DNA of 55,195 bases, taken from a virus (Duplodnaviria; Caudoviricetes). The translations under genes and the position numbers were made by a program. Where the stretch lies: positions 1 to 55,195 of IMG/VR virus record IMGVR_UViG_3300037124_000033, one strand, 5' to 3'. How positions within the stretch are numbered: the stretch's first letter is position 1; every line of letters begins with the position of its first letter. The notes under the pieces were generated by a model. That model made no database searches. It worked only from the letters and a program-made list of their open reading frames with translations, and was not told the origin of the DNA. Shown piece after piece: positions 32,734 to 42,461 of this stretch.

Positions 32734-34395
32734 ATGGCGACCGTTCCAGCATTTGAACAGGATGTCAAGATAATCCCTGGTTATCTGTCCGGTGAAGATC
32801 TTTCGTCATACCAGTATTGTGCTGTCAAATTGTCGAGTGGCGCTGTTGTCAAGTGCGACACTCTTGGCGAGACGCCGTTTGGTATTCTGCAAAACGCTCC
32901 AGATGCGGCTGACAAGGCTACCTCTCCAGGTTATGCAGGAATCAGCAGAGTCAAACTTGGCGGCACTGTTTCGCAGCTCAATCGTCTGGTCACTGGTGCA
33001 TCAGCTACGCTGGTAGCTAGGACTGACCCCGACGAAGTTGCCGTCGCCATTGCGTTGTCCGATGGAGTGACTGGCGATATCATCCCGGCGATTCTTGTGC
33101 TCGGAACAGACAGCACCGCAATTGCAGAGAGGGCTCTAGCGAGTGGCTACCTATGGGTCGGCAACGCTAGCGGTGAAGCTGCGGCGGTCGCCATGAGTGG
33201 CGACGCCACGATCACAAACGCTGGTGTTATCACCGTAGCCGATGTGACTGTTGGTAGCGATGCGGCTGGAGATATCCTCTACAAGAGTTCTCCAACCGCT
33301 CTCGCACGCCTCGCCAAAGGAACGGCTGCTCAGCTACTTGCAATGAACGGTGGGGCAACGGCTCCGGAGTGGATTGACCAATCTGCCGTTACTCCAGGCT
33401 CACCCACCAACGTGTCGACGACCAGCGCCGGAGATGCGGCTGGCGACCTGTTGTATCGGGATGCGGCCGATACCATCGAACGGCTAGCCAAAGGAACCGC
33501 CAACGATCTGCTCCAACAGGGCGGATCCGATGCTCCGCAGTGGGCTACGATCTCCGGGGATGCCACCATTGCTGATGGTGGAGCGGTAACGGTTACCGAC
33601 GTCACGGTTGGTTCAGATGCCGCTGGAGACCTTCTGTACAAGTCGAGCGCTACCGCGCTAGCCAGGCTTGCCAAGGGGACCACTGCCGATCTTCTCCAGC
33701 AAAGTTCCGGCGATGCTCCGCAATGGGCAACGATGTCAGGCGATGCGACGATTGCTGACGGGGGCGCCATCACTGTCACGGATGTCACCGTGGGTTCGGA
33801 CGCCACCGGTGACATCCTTTACAAGAGTTCCGCAACAGCTCTTGCGAGACTCGGCGAGGGCACCGCAAACGACATCCTGCAGCAAGGCGGTTCCAACGCG
33901 CCTCAGTGGGCGACTGTCTCGGGTGATGCGACTATCGCCGATGGTGGGGCACTCACTCTCAGCAAGAATCTTATCAGGACGACTACTGTCGAGATTGCTG
34001 CTGCGGCCGTCAAGACGCTGAACGCAACACCGGTTGTCCTCGTAGACTTCTCGGCTTTGGTTTCCTCGGGGGAAGCCGCATCGGGTGATGCCATAATCTT
34101 TCATGGGGCCATTCTGAACATCTACGGTGGGGCTGCGAGCTACGACAACAACGAGAACACCACGATCGTCTATCAAACCGCCGGCGGTGGAGCTACGGTG
34201 TCATTGACTCTTGCCAACTTTTTCAATGGGGGGGCAGACGGAGCGCTCACCACATTGAAGCCGATCGCAACGGATGTCGCGCCAGATACCGATGAGGATT
34301 TGGTGATCAAGTCCAGTGCATCTCCGTACAGTGCGCAGGGCGACCGCAATCTGTACGTTCAAGTGTTTTACAGCATCTTCACACCGCATGCGTAA
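32734..34395 (+). CDS. Capsid decoration protein extended into a head fibre
   Basis: N-terminal cement-like domain (GILQNAP..VKLGGTV..AIALSDG.GDIIPA) followed by 61-aa repeats. Confidence 0.75.
   Translation: MATVPAFEQDVKIIPGYLSGEDLSSYQYCAVKLSSGAVVKCDTLGETPFGILQNAPDAADKATSPGYAGISRVKLGGTVSQLNRLVTGASATLVARTDPDEVAVAIALSDGVTGDIIPAILVLGTDSTAIAERALASGYLWVGNASGEAAAVAMSGDATITNAGVITVADVTVGSDAAGDILYKSSPTALARLAKGTAAQLLAMNGGATAPEWIDQSAVTPGSPTNVSTTSAGDAAGDLLYRDAADTIERLAKGTANDLLQQGGSDAPQWATISGDATIADGGAVTVTDVTVGSDAAGDLLYKSSATALARLAKGTTADLLQQSSGDAPQWATMSGDATIADGGAITVTDVTVGSDATGDILYKSSATALARLGEGTANDILQQGGSNAPQWATVSGDATIADGGALTLSKNLIRTTTVEIAAAAVKTLNATPVVLVDFSALVSSGEAASGDAIIFHGAILNIYGGAASYDNNENTTIVYQTAGGGATVSLTLANFFNGGADGALTTLKPIATDVAPDTDEDLVIKSSASPYSAQGDRNLYVQVFYSIFTPHA
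33193..33960 (+). repeat. Tandem 183-nt (61-aa) intragenic repeats
   Basis: SGDATIADGGA.TVTDVTVGSDA.GD.LYKSSATALARL..GT..D.LQQ...APQWAT; unit starts at 33550, 33733, 33916. Confidence 0.9.
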
Positions 34396-34444
34396 AGTGT
34401 GGGTTGGAGAAGGAACGGCATAGGCCGACGAAGGAGCTAAGACA

Positions 34445-35407
34445 ATGCCAGGACCTCTTGGATCTAGCGTAAGAATCGACAGGCTGCTGACCAACATTGC
34501 AATTGGGGCGGTTCAGGAGGACAGCCAGTTTGTCTCGTCCAAAGCGGCGCCTGTACTTTCTGTCACGAAGTCTAGTGATCCATATCCGATTTGGAGCTCT
34601 GCTGATTTTCTGAGAATGCAGACTCGGCCGACGTCCCCAGAGAGTTCGTCTCCTGAGGCTACGTTCACGATGTCCACTACCAATTACAATTGTGTCAAGT
34701 GGCCATTGAAGAAGATCATCCTCGACGAAGACAGGGAAGATTCTGACGTCAATCTTGAAGAGGCCACAACGAAGTTTTTGACGCAGCAGATCTTGATTCG
34801 TCGAGATTATCAGCTGGCAACCCTGTTGTTCAATTCAAGCAATTGGACGTATTATACAGGAGCTGCTAGCAGTGCTGACTTTGTGCACTTCTCTGATGAC
34901 TCTTCAACCCCGTTTAAAACGGTGAGGACCTACAAGAGGGTAGTTCAAACGGCTTGTGGTGGCTTCCCGCCTAACACCATCGTTGTAGGCCCTGAGGTCA
35001 ATGATTACCTCGCGGAGCATCCTGACGCCGAAGACAAGATCAAGCATACCCAGGTTGGGGTTGTTCAAAACGACCTGCTCGCAAAAGCGTTTGGCGTTAA
35101 AAACTACCTCGTGATGGATGCGGTTTACAACACTGCCGCCGAGGGGCAGACGGCCACGATGGCGAACATCGGTGGAGATTACATGTGGATCGGGTATGTT
35201 GCACCAAACCCGAGCAAGTACAACCCAAGTGCGGTCTACACATTCTCGCAGAAGAAGTTTGACAATGCCGGTGTTGGAGCTCCAATCATCGAAAGATGGC
35301 GCAACAACGATCCGGACGGCGAATGGTTTAGGGCGACTTCGAAGTTTGATATGAAGCAAACTTCAAGTGCTGCTGGCGTTCTTCTCGTCAACGCTGCTAC
35401 TGGCTAA
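34445..35407 (+). CDS. Major capsid protein
   Basis: IDRLLTNIAIG, PNTIVVG, LLAKAFGV, G.LLVNA; position in the head module. Confidence 0.9.
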   Translation: MPGPLGSSVRIDRLLTNIAIGAVQEDSQFVSSKAAPVLSVTKSSDPYPIWSSADFLRMQTRPTSPESSSPEATFTMSTTNYNCVKWPLKKIILDEDREDSDVNLEEATTKFLTQQILIRRDYQLATLLFNSSNWTYYTGAASSADFVHFSDDSSTPFKTVRTYKRVVQTACGGFPPNTIVVGPEVNDYLAEHPDAEDKIKHTQVGVVQNDLLAKAFGVKNYLVMDAVYNTAAEGQTATMANIGGDYMWIGYVAPNPSKYNPSAVYTFSQKKFDNAGVGAPIIERWRNNDPDGEWFRATSKFDMKQTSSAAGVLLVNAATG

Positions 35408-35435
35408 ACCGTCGCAGGGCAAAGGATGGCGCGCT

Positions 35436-36074
35436 ATGCCCTACATAGTCCTCAGACACATCGAGTACAAGGGCCAACAGCTTGAGCCGGGCGAAGTCCT
35501 GCCGGATATTCGCCCCAAGCGCTCTTTGGTCACCACACACAAAATCGAATGGAGACCAGATGGAGACGAGCCCGAAGTAGAACCGATTGCCAGGTCTGGT
35601 GATCGTTCCATTCCGTATCGTATCCCAGCCAAGAGGAAGGAAAAGAAAAAGCCCTCCCCGGTGAACGTCGTTCCCAAACCTAGACCTCCGCCAATCGATA
35701 GTCTAGACGACTTGCTGAAAAATGGGGTACCGCTGCGTGAGGCGCAATTTCATATTGCTAGGCAGAGGGTAATTGCCAAACTCGTTGTCGAGATGAGGGA
35801 ACCAGCATCAGAAATCGAAGTACTAGTGTCCGGTATGCCGATGAGTGAAGTGTACGATCTTATCGAAAAGGCTGAGCCGGTTCATGCAAAACCTGAGAAG
35901 ATCCAGGGTGGCAAGATCGACAGAGACGAAGTAGAGGTAGAGGTGGTTATTGCTAAGCCGGAACAGTTACCAAAGGCACCTGCCAGGGATATAGCTTTGG
36001 TGGTTAAGCCTGAGCCATCTGTAAAAGAGCATATCAAAATCATCCAAAAAAGAAGAAAAGCCAAGAAAAAATGA
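35436..36074 (+). CDS. Hypothetical virion-associated protein
   Basis: Follows the major capsid gene; YIVLRHIEYKGQQLEPGEVL. Confidence 0.65.
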   Translation: MPYIVLRHIEYKGQQLEPGEVLPDIRPKRSLVTTHKIEWRPDGDEPEVEPIARSGDRSIPYRIPAKRKEKKKPSPVNVVPKPRPPPIDSLDDLLKNGVPLREAQFHIARQRVIAKLVVEMREPASEIEVLVSGMPMSEVYDLIEKAEPVHAKPEKIQGGKIDRDEVEVEVVIAKPEQLPKAPARDIALVVKPEPSVKEHIKIIQKRRKAKKK

Positions 36075-36478
36075 CGTTCACCTGGGACATATCTAGTCTC
36101 AGCACTTCCGCATTGCAGAGGGTTAGGCTCACCATCGGAGACACAATAGAAGCCGATGCACTTCTGACCGATGAAGAGATCGAGTACAGATTGAGCGAAT
36201 ACGATGATAACGTGTTGGTGACCTCGATCAAGTGTGTCAGGGACATCCTGGCAAAGCTCACCAGAAAGACCGATAGAAGCAATGTCGGCATGAGCAACAC
36301 CAGATCACAGTTGACTGTACACTATAGGGATCTACTCAAAGACCTCATGGAGGAGGCCGGCGGATTGTGTGAGGTTGATGTTGGCGGACTCAGTGACGAC
36401 GAAGAGGAGACCATTAATAGCGACGATGATTATCGACAGATAGAGATCACAATGGGTTGGGGAAAGAATAATGGCTGA
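36071..36478 (+). CDS. Head-tail adaptor
   Basis: RVRLTIGDT..LLTDEEI. Confidence 0.8.
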   Translation: MTFTWDISSLSTSALQRVRLTIGDTIEADALLTDEEIEYRLSEYDDNVLVTSIKCVRDILAKLTRKTDRSNVGMSNTRSQLTVHYRDLLKDLMEEAGGLCEVDVGGLSDDEEETINSDDDYRQIEITMGWGKNNG

Positions 36479-37100
36479 GTCACTTGTGAAAGAGATCAAA
36501 GGCGATCTCGACAAGTACATGCAAGATCTGTCATGGTACGTTGACAAAGAGCACGTAGTTGCAGTAATGCAGGCTGCGCTACATGCTGAAGGTGAATTGA
36601 AGGAAGCTATTTCTGAATTATTCACAAAAGGCAAGGGGCAGCTTCGTAGAAATCCGAAAGCTACGCTTCTAAGCGATAAGGGTAAAATCAAAAGTGCAGG
36701 TGCTTTTCTAGACCTTATCTATGCTTACATTCAAGATGAAGGCGGAACGATAGTACCGAAGAGCGGAAGAAAGTTAGCAATTCCTATCAGCAAGAAAGCT
36801 CAAAAGCTTTGGCCTCGTGAATGGCCTAGATTTCAATTGACGTTCATACCAAGAAAAGGAAGACCGCCTCTCCTCGTAGAGGAGAAGGGTACATGGAAAA
36901 AACTCGGCAGAAGTGGAGCAAAGGAATTTGTTGTCAAAAGGATGGAGATACATTATGTGTTGAAGTCTTCTGTTACGATAAAAGGAAAAGGATATGTGGA
37001 ACGAGCGCGAGAAGCAGCCGAGGAGCAAATCAGAGAAATAGTTGGGAAACATGTTGCTGAAGCTATCAAAAAAGCTCCCAGAAATAAAGAGGTAGCTTGA
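36471..37100 (+). CDS. Neck/tail-completion protein
   Basis: YAYIQDEGGTIVPK..LAIP..LKSSVTIK..YVE. Confidence 0.7.
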   Translation: MAESLVKEIKGDLDKYMQDLSWYVDKEHVVAVMQAALHAEGELKEAISELFTKGKGQLRRNPKATLLSDKGKIKSAGAFLDLIYAYIQDEGGTIVPKSGRKLAIPISKKAQKLWPREWPRFQLTFIPRKGRPPLLVEEKGTWKKLGRSGAKEFVVKRMEIHYVLKSSVTIKGKGYVERAREAAEEQIREIVGKHVAEAIKKAPRNKEVA

Positions 37101-37576
37101 TGGCTACTCCTCACAAAACAACAATCATCGCAGCTATCAAGACGGCTCTTGAGGGGATTACTGTCGCCAATGGGTACAAGTCAGATGTAGAGACGGTTGA
37201 GAAACTCATCAAGGATTGGCAGTCAGTGTCCCCATCGCTTCGTCCATGGATAGGGTTTCGACCCGGCAAGGAAAGATTCCAAGCTGATGCCCCGTACCAT
37301 CTATGGGTGACATTGCCAATTGAAATTGGGTCACATCTGATAGCTGATACAGAAGATCTTGTCGATACCGCCATCGTCAATTTGGAAGACGACATCATCA
37401 ACGCAATGTATGAGGATCCAACACTTGGCGATACGAGTGTCGACGTTAAGTTGATTGAGGGAGAGAGTGATATAGGAGACCCGGATCGTCTAGAAGGCGG
37501 CGCCATAGATGGGTACAGCGGTACATTTGTTATGAGATGGGAAGTGACCTATGAGCGGACAACATCAAGTACTTAG
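37097..37576 (+). CDS. Tail terminator-like protein
   Basis: IIAAIKTALEGITVANGY..DPTLG; position. Confidence 0.75.
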   Translation: MMATPHKTTIIAAIKTALEGITVANGYKSDVETVEKLIKDWQSVSPSLRPWIGFRPGKERFQADAPYHLWVTLPIEIGSHLIADTEDLVDTAIVNLEDDIINAMYEDPTLGDTSVDVKLIEGESDIGDPDRLEGGAIDGYSGTFVMRWEVTYERTTSST

Positions 37577-37761
37577 TGGTCTTGCGGCTCAGTACATTGG
37601 GCCAGCAAAGACTAGACAGATAGACGCAACGTGGCTTGAGCCTGGAGAGTTCGTGATGGGTCCTCCGGGGTTTGTCAAATCGCTTCTTGAATTGGGTGAC
37701 TTCAAACCTGTAGACGTGTCGATCGATATACAAGCGATTGCAGACACGGAGGAGAACGACA

Positions 37762-39147
37762 ATGGGAATTGCTAGCGGACAGGCGCACGTCTTAGGTCGT
37801 AATCAGAAGTTTTACGTTGCCACGGAGAGCACCGCAGGAACTTTCCAAAGACCTGCTGGAACCGATGCCGTGAAGACTCAACAGTCTTCCATGAAACACG
37901 AGATTGTCGACGAGCCGATCGATGACAACCATGACTACCGCTATCATGTCGAGACCATCCAAGACAAGGAGAAAAACGCTTGGTCATGGGATGGCTATTT
38001 GATTCCGTCAGGCACTGGGGCAACTGAGCCAGACATTGGAGCGCTGCTTACTGCGGCTCTTGGGACAGACAACAGCGGGGCGAGTTCAAAGTGGGAGTAT
38101 TCAGTCAGTAGTGCTCAGGCTTGGCCTACCTTGTCCCTGACAAGGCACTTCAATCAAATCTGGCAAGAGTGCATGTGGGGAGCGTTTGTTGACAAGATCT
38201 CCTTCAAACTTGCCGGCGGCACACAACCCATGGTACACGCAGAGGGGCGCGCGTTCGGGTGGGCATTCACAGGGCAGAGCACTTTGCAGCAAGCTGTTAG
38301 CGCTGGGGACGATATTCTCCCTGCGGCTGCCGATTACTACCAGTATGGTGTCAACAGCGTGATTATGGTGGACGCAGATGATGGTCAGAACGATCTCGGA
38401 TACAAGGTCTCTATCGACCATGCGACCGGGTCGATTACTGCTTTCGCCAACGCAGGTGGCGGGCAAATTACCGTGACCAGCGCGGCCCACGGTTTGACCA
38501 ATGGTGAATACGTGATCATCTCTGGCACTACAAACTACAACGGATATTTTGTAGTTGCCAACGTGTCAACCAACACCTTCGAAATTACAGACACGTGGGT
38601 ATCAGACGATGGGACTGGCACTTGGCATTCAGCTCTTACTGTGGTGAACGCAGACGATGATTCAGCGGCTAGCATCACTGAGTCACAAAGCGATGTCATA
38701 TACCCATTTGTCCCAACCCCTACGTATGTAGGCTCTCCAATCTCTGGGGTCCTCGGGTCTGTACAAGCAGACAGTGCTAGCATCCTACCTGTCCAGTCGG
38801 TTGAAATCACGCTCGAGAACAACCACGATGCGTTCGAAGACGAGATCATCTCACAGCGCATATCTGATTTCGTGCCTGGTATGGCCAAGGTCACAGTCGT
38901 TCTAGCGTTTCGTATACGTCAGGATCAAACATACTTGCTGGCAAATCCTAAGTCATTCGCAAATGTGGACTTGGCATTTCGGGCTGGTCCTGATACAAGT
39001 GGCCGTAAGTTCGAGTTTGATGTTGACTATGGCCGGGCGGTGTTCCCAGATGTCTCCATTCCCAAGGATGGAGTTGGGACCGCAACGCTTACCTATAGCG
39101 GCTATGGCAGTGGGGCCAATGGTCCGTTGATTATAACTCATCAGTAA
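37762..39147 (+). CDS. Major tail tube protein with an inserted beta domain
   Basis: ATESTAGT..IGALLTAALG..EITLENN; GGAGG RBS; insert at 38428-38628. Confidence 0.8.
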   Translation: MGIASGQAHVLGRNQKFYVATESTAGTFQRPAGTDAVKTQQSSMKHEIVDEPIDDNHDYRYHVETIQDKEKNAWSWDGYLIPSGTGATEPDIGALLTAALGTDNSGASSKWEYSVSSAQAWPTLSLTRHFNQIWQECMWGAFVDKISFKLAGGTQPMVHAEGRAFGWAFTGQSTLQQAVSAGDDILPAAADYYQYGVNSVIMVDADDGQNDLGYKVSIDHATGSITAFANAGGGQITVTSAAHGLTNGEYVIISGTTNYNGYFVVANVSTNTFEITDTWVSDDGTGTWHSALTVVNADDDSAASITESQSDVIYPFVPTPTYVGSPISGVLGSVQADSASILPVQSVEITLENNHDAFEDEIISQRISDFVPGMAKVTVVLAFRIRQDQTYLLANPKSFANVDLAFRAGPDTSGRKFEFDVDYGRAVFPDVSIPKDGVGTATLTYSGYGSGANGPLIITHQ

Positions 39148-39158
39148 GGAGCAAGAAA

Positions 39159-39632
39159 ATGGCGCGCCACAGAGGAAAGATCGAAGAGTGGGAGCTGTAC
39201 GTTCCCAAGGTCGACGATGAGCGGTATCTGTTCATCGAGAATCCTGAAGAAGCGATCACAATGGAGCTTAAACTCATGAGCAAGCGTGAGCGTGAGCGCT
39301 TCGGCATGCTTGCTATGATGGCTGATAAGGGTCCTATAGAACGGGCCAAGCTAGGCAGAGAGTTTAAAAAAGTCTTTGACGAGCATGTTCGTAACATCCA
39401 GAACCTAACCATTAACGATGGTGACCCTATCACCACTGGAGCCGATTTGTATGAGTCTGATGAAGAGGACATCAAGACTGACGTCACTCAAGCTCTAATG
39501 CAGATCGGCCACTTGGAGGATGGCCTAGCAAAAAAATTGAGCTCGCCATCCGCTACTTCGTTCTCGCGCCAGACGAGGAACGCGGATGGCGGTGCTCAAG
39601 ATGCGACCCAACGATCGAGCCAGGACAGCTAG
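39159..39632 (+). CDS. Tail assembly chaperone (gpG-like)
   Basis: Lies between tail tube and tape measure; A7 slippery run at 39530-39536. Confidence 0.8.
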   Translation: MARHRGKIEEWELYVPKVDDERYLFIENPEEAITMELKLMSKRERERFGMLAMMADKGPIERAKLGREFKKVFDEHVRNIQNLTINDGDPITTGADLYESDEEDIKTDVTQALMQIGHLEDGLAKKLSSPSATSFSRQTRNADGGAQDATQRSSQDS

Positions 39633-39961
39633 GGGATCAGGATGATGAAGACCCAGAGCTATGGTTGGATGATGATGAGAAAAGGAGATCACGAAACTGC
39701 TGTGGAGAGTTTGGGACGATGTTTGGAGTTGCTTGGGATGACAGGGTCGATATGTGCCCCAGGTCGTACCTGACTGAGGAAGTTGACCGGATGATTGGAT
39801 GGTACAATGACTGGAAGCGATTTGGAGCGTTGCCTTTCGATGGTGACGTGCTTGACCAGCCGTTGTACGTCTACGAAGCTTTGAACGTCTGTGTTGCAGC
39901 ATGCGAAAAGGCCGAGGCAGAATTGATGGGACGTAGACGCTTGGAGATGGATCGTGGCTGA
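39530..39961 (+). CDS. gpT-like extension reached by -1 frameshift
   Basis: The -1 frame is open from A AAA AAA through 39961 (KIELAIRYF..CPRSY..LPFDGDVLDQP). Confidence 0.75.
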   Translation, partial: KKIELAIRYFVLAPDEERGWRCSRCDPTIEPGQLGDQDDEDPELWLDDDEKRRSRNCCGEFGTMFGVAWDDRVDMCPRSYLTEEVDRMIGWYNDWKRFGALPFDGDVLDQPLYVYEALNVCVAACEKAEAELMGRRRLEMDRG

Positions 39962-41543
39962 GCAGAGAGTAGGAATACTTGTTGAGATATCGGACAAGGC
40001 TACAAGCGTCTTGAAAGGGATAGGTTCAATTGGTAAATCATCCCTTGGTGTTGTAAGAGAAGCTGGGCAGAAAGCAGGTTTAGCATTTAAAGCGTTTGGC
40101 ATGGCGACTACATTCCTTAATCAGGGTATGGAAATAGCTAGCAAAGGAATGGAGATTTTCAGATCCATGGTCCTTGAGAATATTACAGCAATGATAGAGT
40201 ATCGTGGGGAAAACGATTCGGTCACCAAGAAGTTCAGACTGCTTGCTGAGGAAGCGCAGTATACACGGGCGGTATTTGTCGATCTCCTGACACCTGCAAT
40301 ACTTGGACTTCAGGAGTCTTTTAGCAAAGTTGGCTCGTCAGTTATAGATTACATAAATACTAACAGGCAGATGATAGCCACAAGGATTATCGAATTCCTC
40401 CAAACCGCAGCTAACGTATTAGTTGATGGGGTAGGCGAAGGTCTCGTTTGGGTTTCTCGTGCCGTGTCTGGATTGATCGAAGCGTGGAATCTTCTCGGCT
40501 CGGTGGTCAACAGCACCATCGGATCAATGGTGGGCGACGTCGCATCATTGCTGGATGGTCTAGCATCAGTCAGTGAATGGGCTGGGCGGGATGAACTAGC
40601 TGAGTCTTTGCGGGGGGCATCTGGAACGGTTAGAGATTTATCGAAAGCCTTTCACGATGGGGCTAATGAAAATATTGCTGCTATAGAAAGACAAGTGGCA
40701 AAACAATCATCTCTTGAAAACTCGATACGTGGAGTTCAAACAACTGTTCGTGATTTCGTAAATAATGAAGCTGTACCAGCTATGCTGCGGTTTGCTGAGA
40801 GCTGGGATGGAGTGACGAAAAGATCAAGATTAGCTGAGCAAGCTATGATGACCGCACTACAGAGGGTTGAACGCCAAGCCAATTTACAAATGACCATTGA
40901 TAACGGGTTGACTGAACTCCGCATATCGAATTTGACCCGTGTCAACGAAATCCAAATGAAGCAGTACAACAGTCAGAAAGAGGGGGCTCAGGCTGTTGCT
41001 GGAGCTATAGGACAGATCGGCAACGCATGGACAAATGTGGCGACCGCTGCCATAGCTTCGTCAGCAAATGTCGGGAAGGCTGTCGTCAGTGCGTTGATAG
41101 ATTCGGTAGTCATCTCAATCAACGCGGTGGCAGCTATGGCGGCAGCTCGGGCATTTGCTGCGCATCAAGACTTTCCCATCGTTGGTGTCGCCATAGGACT
41201 CGCCGCCGCCGCCGCTGCCGCGGCGATCGCCAAAGGTTTTCTTGCCGATGTTCCAGCAAAAGCTGCTAGAGGGTATAGGACTCCTGCAGGTGGTTCTACA
41301 GAAGATGTATACCCAGTGCTCATGAGAGGGAACGAGGTGGCTCTAGATCCTACTCAGACGAAGCTACTTGATAGGCTTGTATCATCTATGGAGAGCGGTC
41401 GAGGGTCTGTGGGTGGTAGCGTTGTTGTAAACTATTCAGAGCAGACATTGGTCCCAACAAACACAGCCGACACAAAACGCAAGGCTAGAGATCTCGACAG
41501 ATTGATACAGAAGTCTAGACCGAAGTTTGCATTTCAAGGATGA
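39954..41543 (+). CDS. Tape measure protein
   Basis: Ala/Gly-rich helical protein after the chaperones; C-terminal DVYPVLMRGNEV. Confidence 0.85.
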   Translation: MAEQRVGILVEISDKATSVLKGIGSIGKSSLGVVREAGQKAGLAFKAFGMATTFLNQGMEIASKGMEIFRSMVLENITAMIEYRGENDSVTKKFRLLAEEAQYTRAVFVDLLTPAILGLQESFSKVGSSVIDYINTNRQMIATRIIEFLQTAANVLVDGVGEGLVWVSRAVSGLIEAWNLLGSVVNSTIGSMVGDVASLLDGLASVSEWAGRDELAESLRGASGTVRDLSKAFHDGANENIAAIERQVAKQSSLENSIRGVQTTVRDFVNNEAVPAMLRFAESWDGVTKRSRLAEQAMMTALQRVERQANLQMTIDNGLTELRISNLTRVNEIQMKQYNSQKEGAQAVAGAIGQIGNAWTNVATAAIASSANVGKAVVSALIDSVVISINAVAAMAAARAFAAHQDFPIVGVAIGLAAAAAAAAIAKGFLADVPAKAARGYRTPAGGSTEDVYPVLMRGNEVALDPTQTKLLDRLVSSMESGRGSVGGSVVVNYSEQTLVPTNTADTKRKARDLDRLIQKSRPKFAFQG

Positions 41544-41546
41544 CAG

Positions 41547-42461
41547 ATGGCTTACGGCTATGCAAACGTTAGCGCGACTGAGCTTGCCAACCTAGCTCTT
41601 GATAAACCTCTGTTCGGCGCGAACATGATACCAGTAGAGCCAACGTTGGAAAAATGGGGAAGGACTGGCACGACTGGCGATACAGACTATACAGATTCTG
41701 ATTACCCAATTCATCGTCTTTACGATGGTGAGGGTGACTTAATTTCGCAACCCAACTCTTCCTTCAATGCGTATTATGTAATATTTGATTTTGGCATTAC
41801 GGTGGACGTAGACTTTTGCGCCATAGCACCAGGGCATAATCTTGGAACAGCCAACATAACAGGTCTTGCCCTAGAATTCGATCAGAATCAGAACGGCAAT
41901 TTCTCTGCGGTAGACTCCTGCGATCTTGCCGCATCGCTACCGCTATTAGATGATAGTAGAATTATGCAACTCGATTTAGATCCTGGTGGCGCAGTTGGTA
42001 CGCCTCAGCGGTTTTCTGATGTTCGATACTGCAGGCTAAAGATGACCCATGGGTCAACATTTCTTCCGCAGTTGACTGAGGTGATTATTGGGGCCAGACT
42101 CCAAATGCCACGATGGACTGGGTACGGATTCAACCCAGATAATCTGACCGATCTTGTCGATGTAGGCGGGCCTACTAAGGGTGGCGTAATTGATCAAGTC
42201 ATCATGGCCCAAAATCAGTTCGTGTTGGACGCCGAATGGACTCTAAAGCAGTCGGAGGTTGGTGACGTACGAACGTGGTGGAAAAACTCTCGAGGTTCGT
42301 TTGTTTGGTGCTGGCAACCATCAAGTGCGCCAGATTCATGGAACTTGATGAGCAGAGAGGGATCCAATTTAGTATTGCCAAGGGAAGGATTTCAAAAGGC
42401 TAGATTTTCGATCAAAGCTGTCGAGCAAGGACCAGAGGGTGCCTATTTAGAGAACGAATAG
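41547..42461 (+). CDS. Distal tail/baseplate protein with discoidin-like domain
   Basis: RLYDG..VIFDFG..GHNL..RYCRL; position after the tape measure gene. Confidence 0.65.
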   Translation: MAYGYANVSATELANLALDKPLFGANMIPVEPTLEKWGRTGTTGDTDYTDSDYPIHRLYDGEGDLISQPNSSFNAYYVIFDFGITVDVDFCAIAPGHNLGTANITGLALEFDQNQNGNFSAVDSCDLAASLPLLDDSRIMQLDLDPGGAVGTPQRFSDVRYCRLKMTHGSTFLPQLTEVIIGARLQMPRWTGYGFNPDNLTDLVDVGGPTKGGVIDQVIMAQNQFVLDAEWTLKQSEVGDVRTWWKNSRGSFVWCWQPSSAPDSWNLMSREGSNLVLPREGFQKARFSIKAVEQGPEGAYLENE

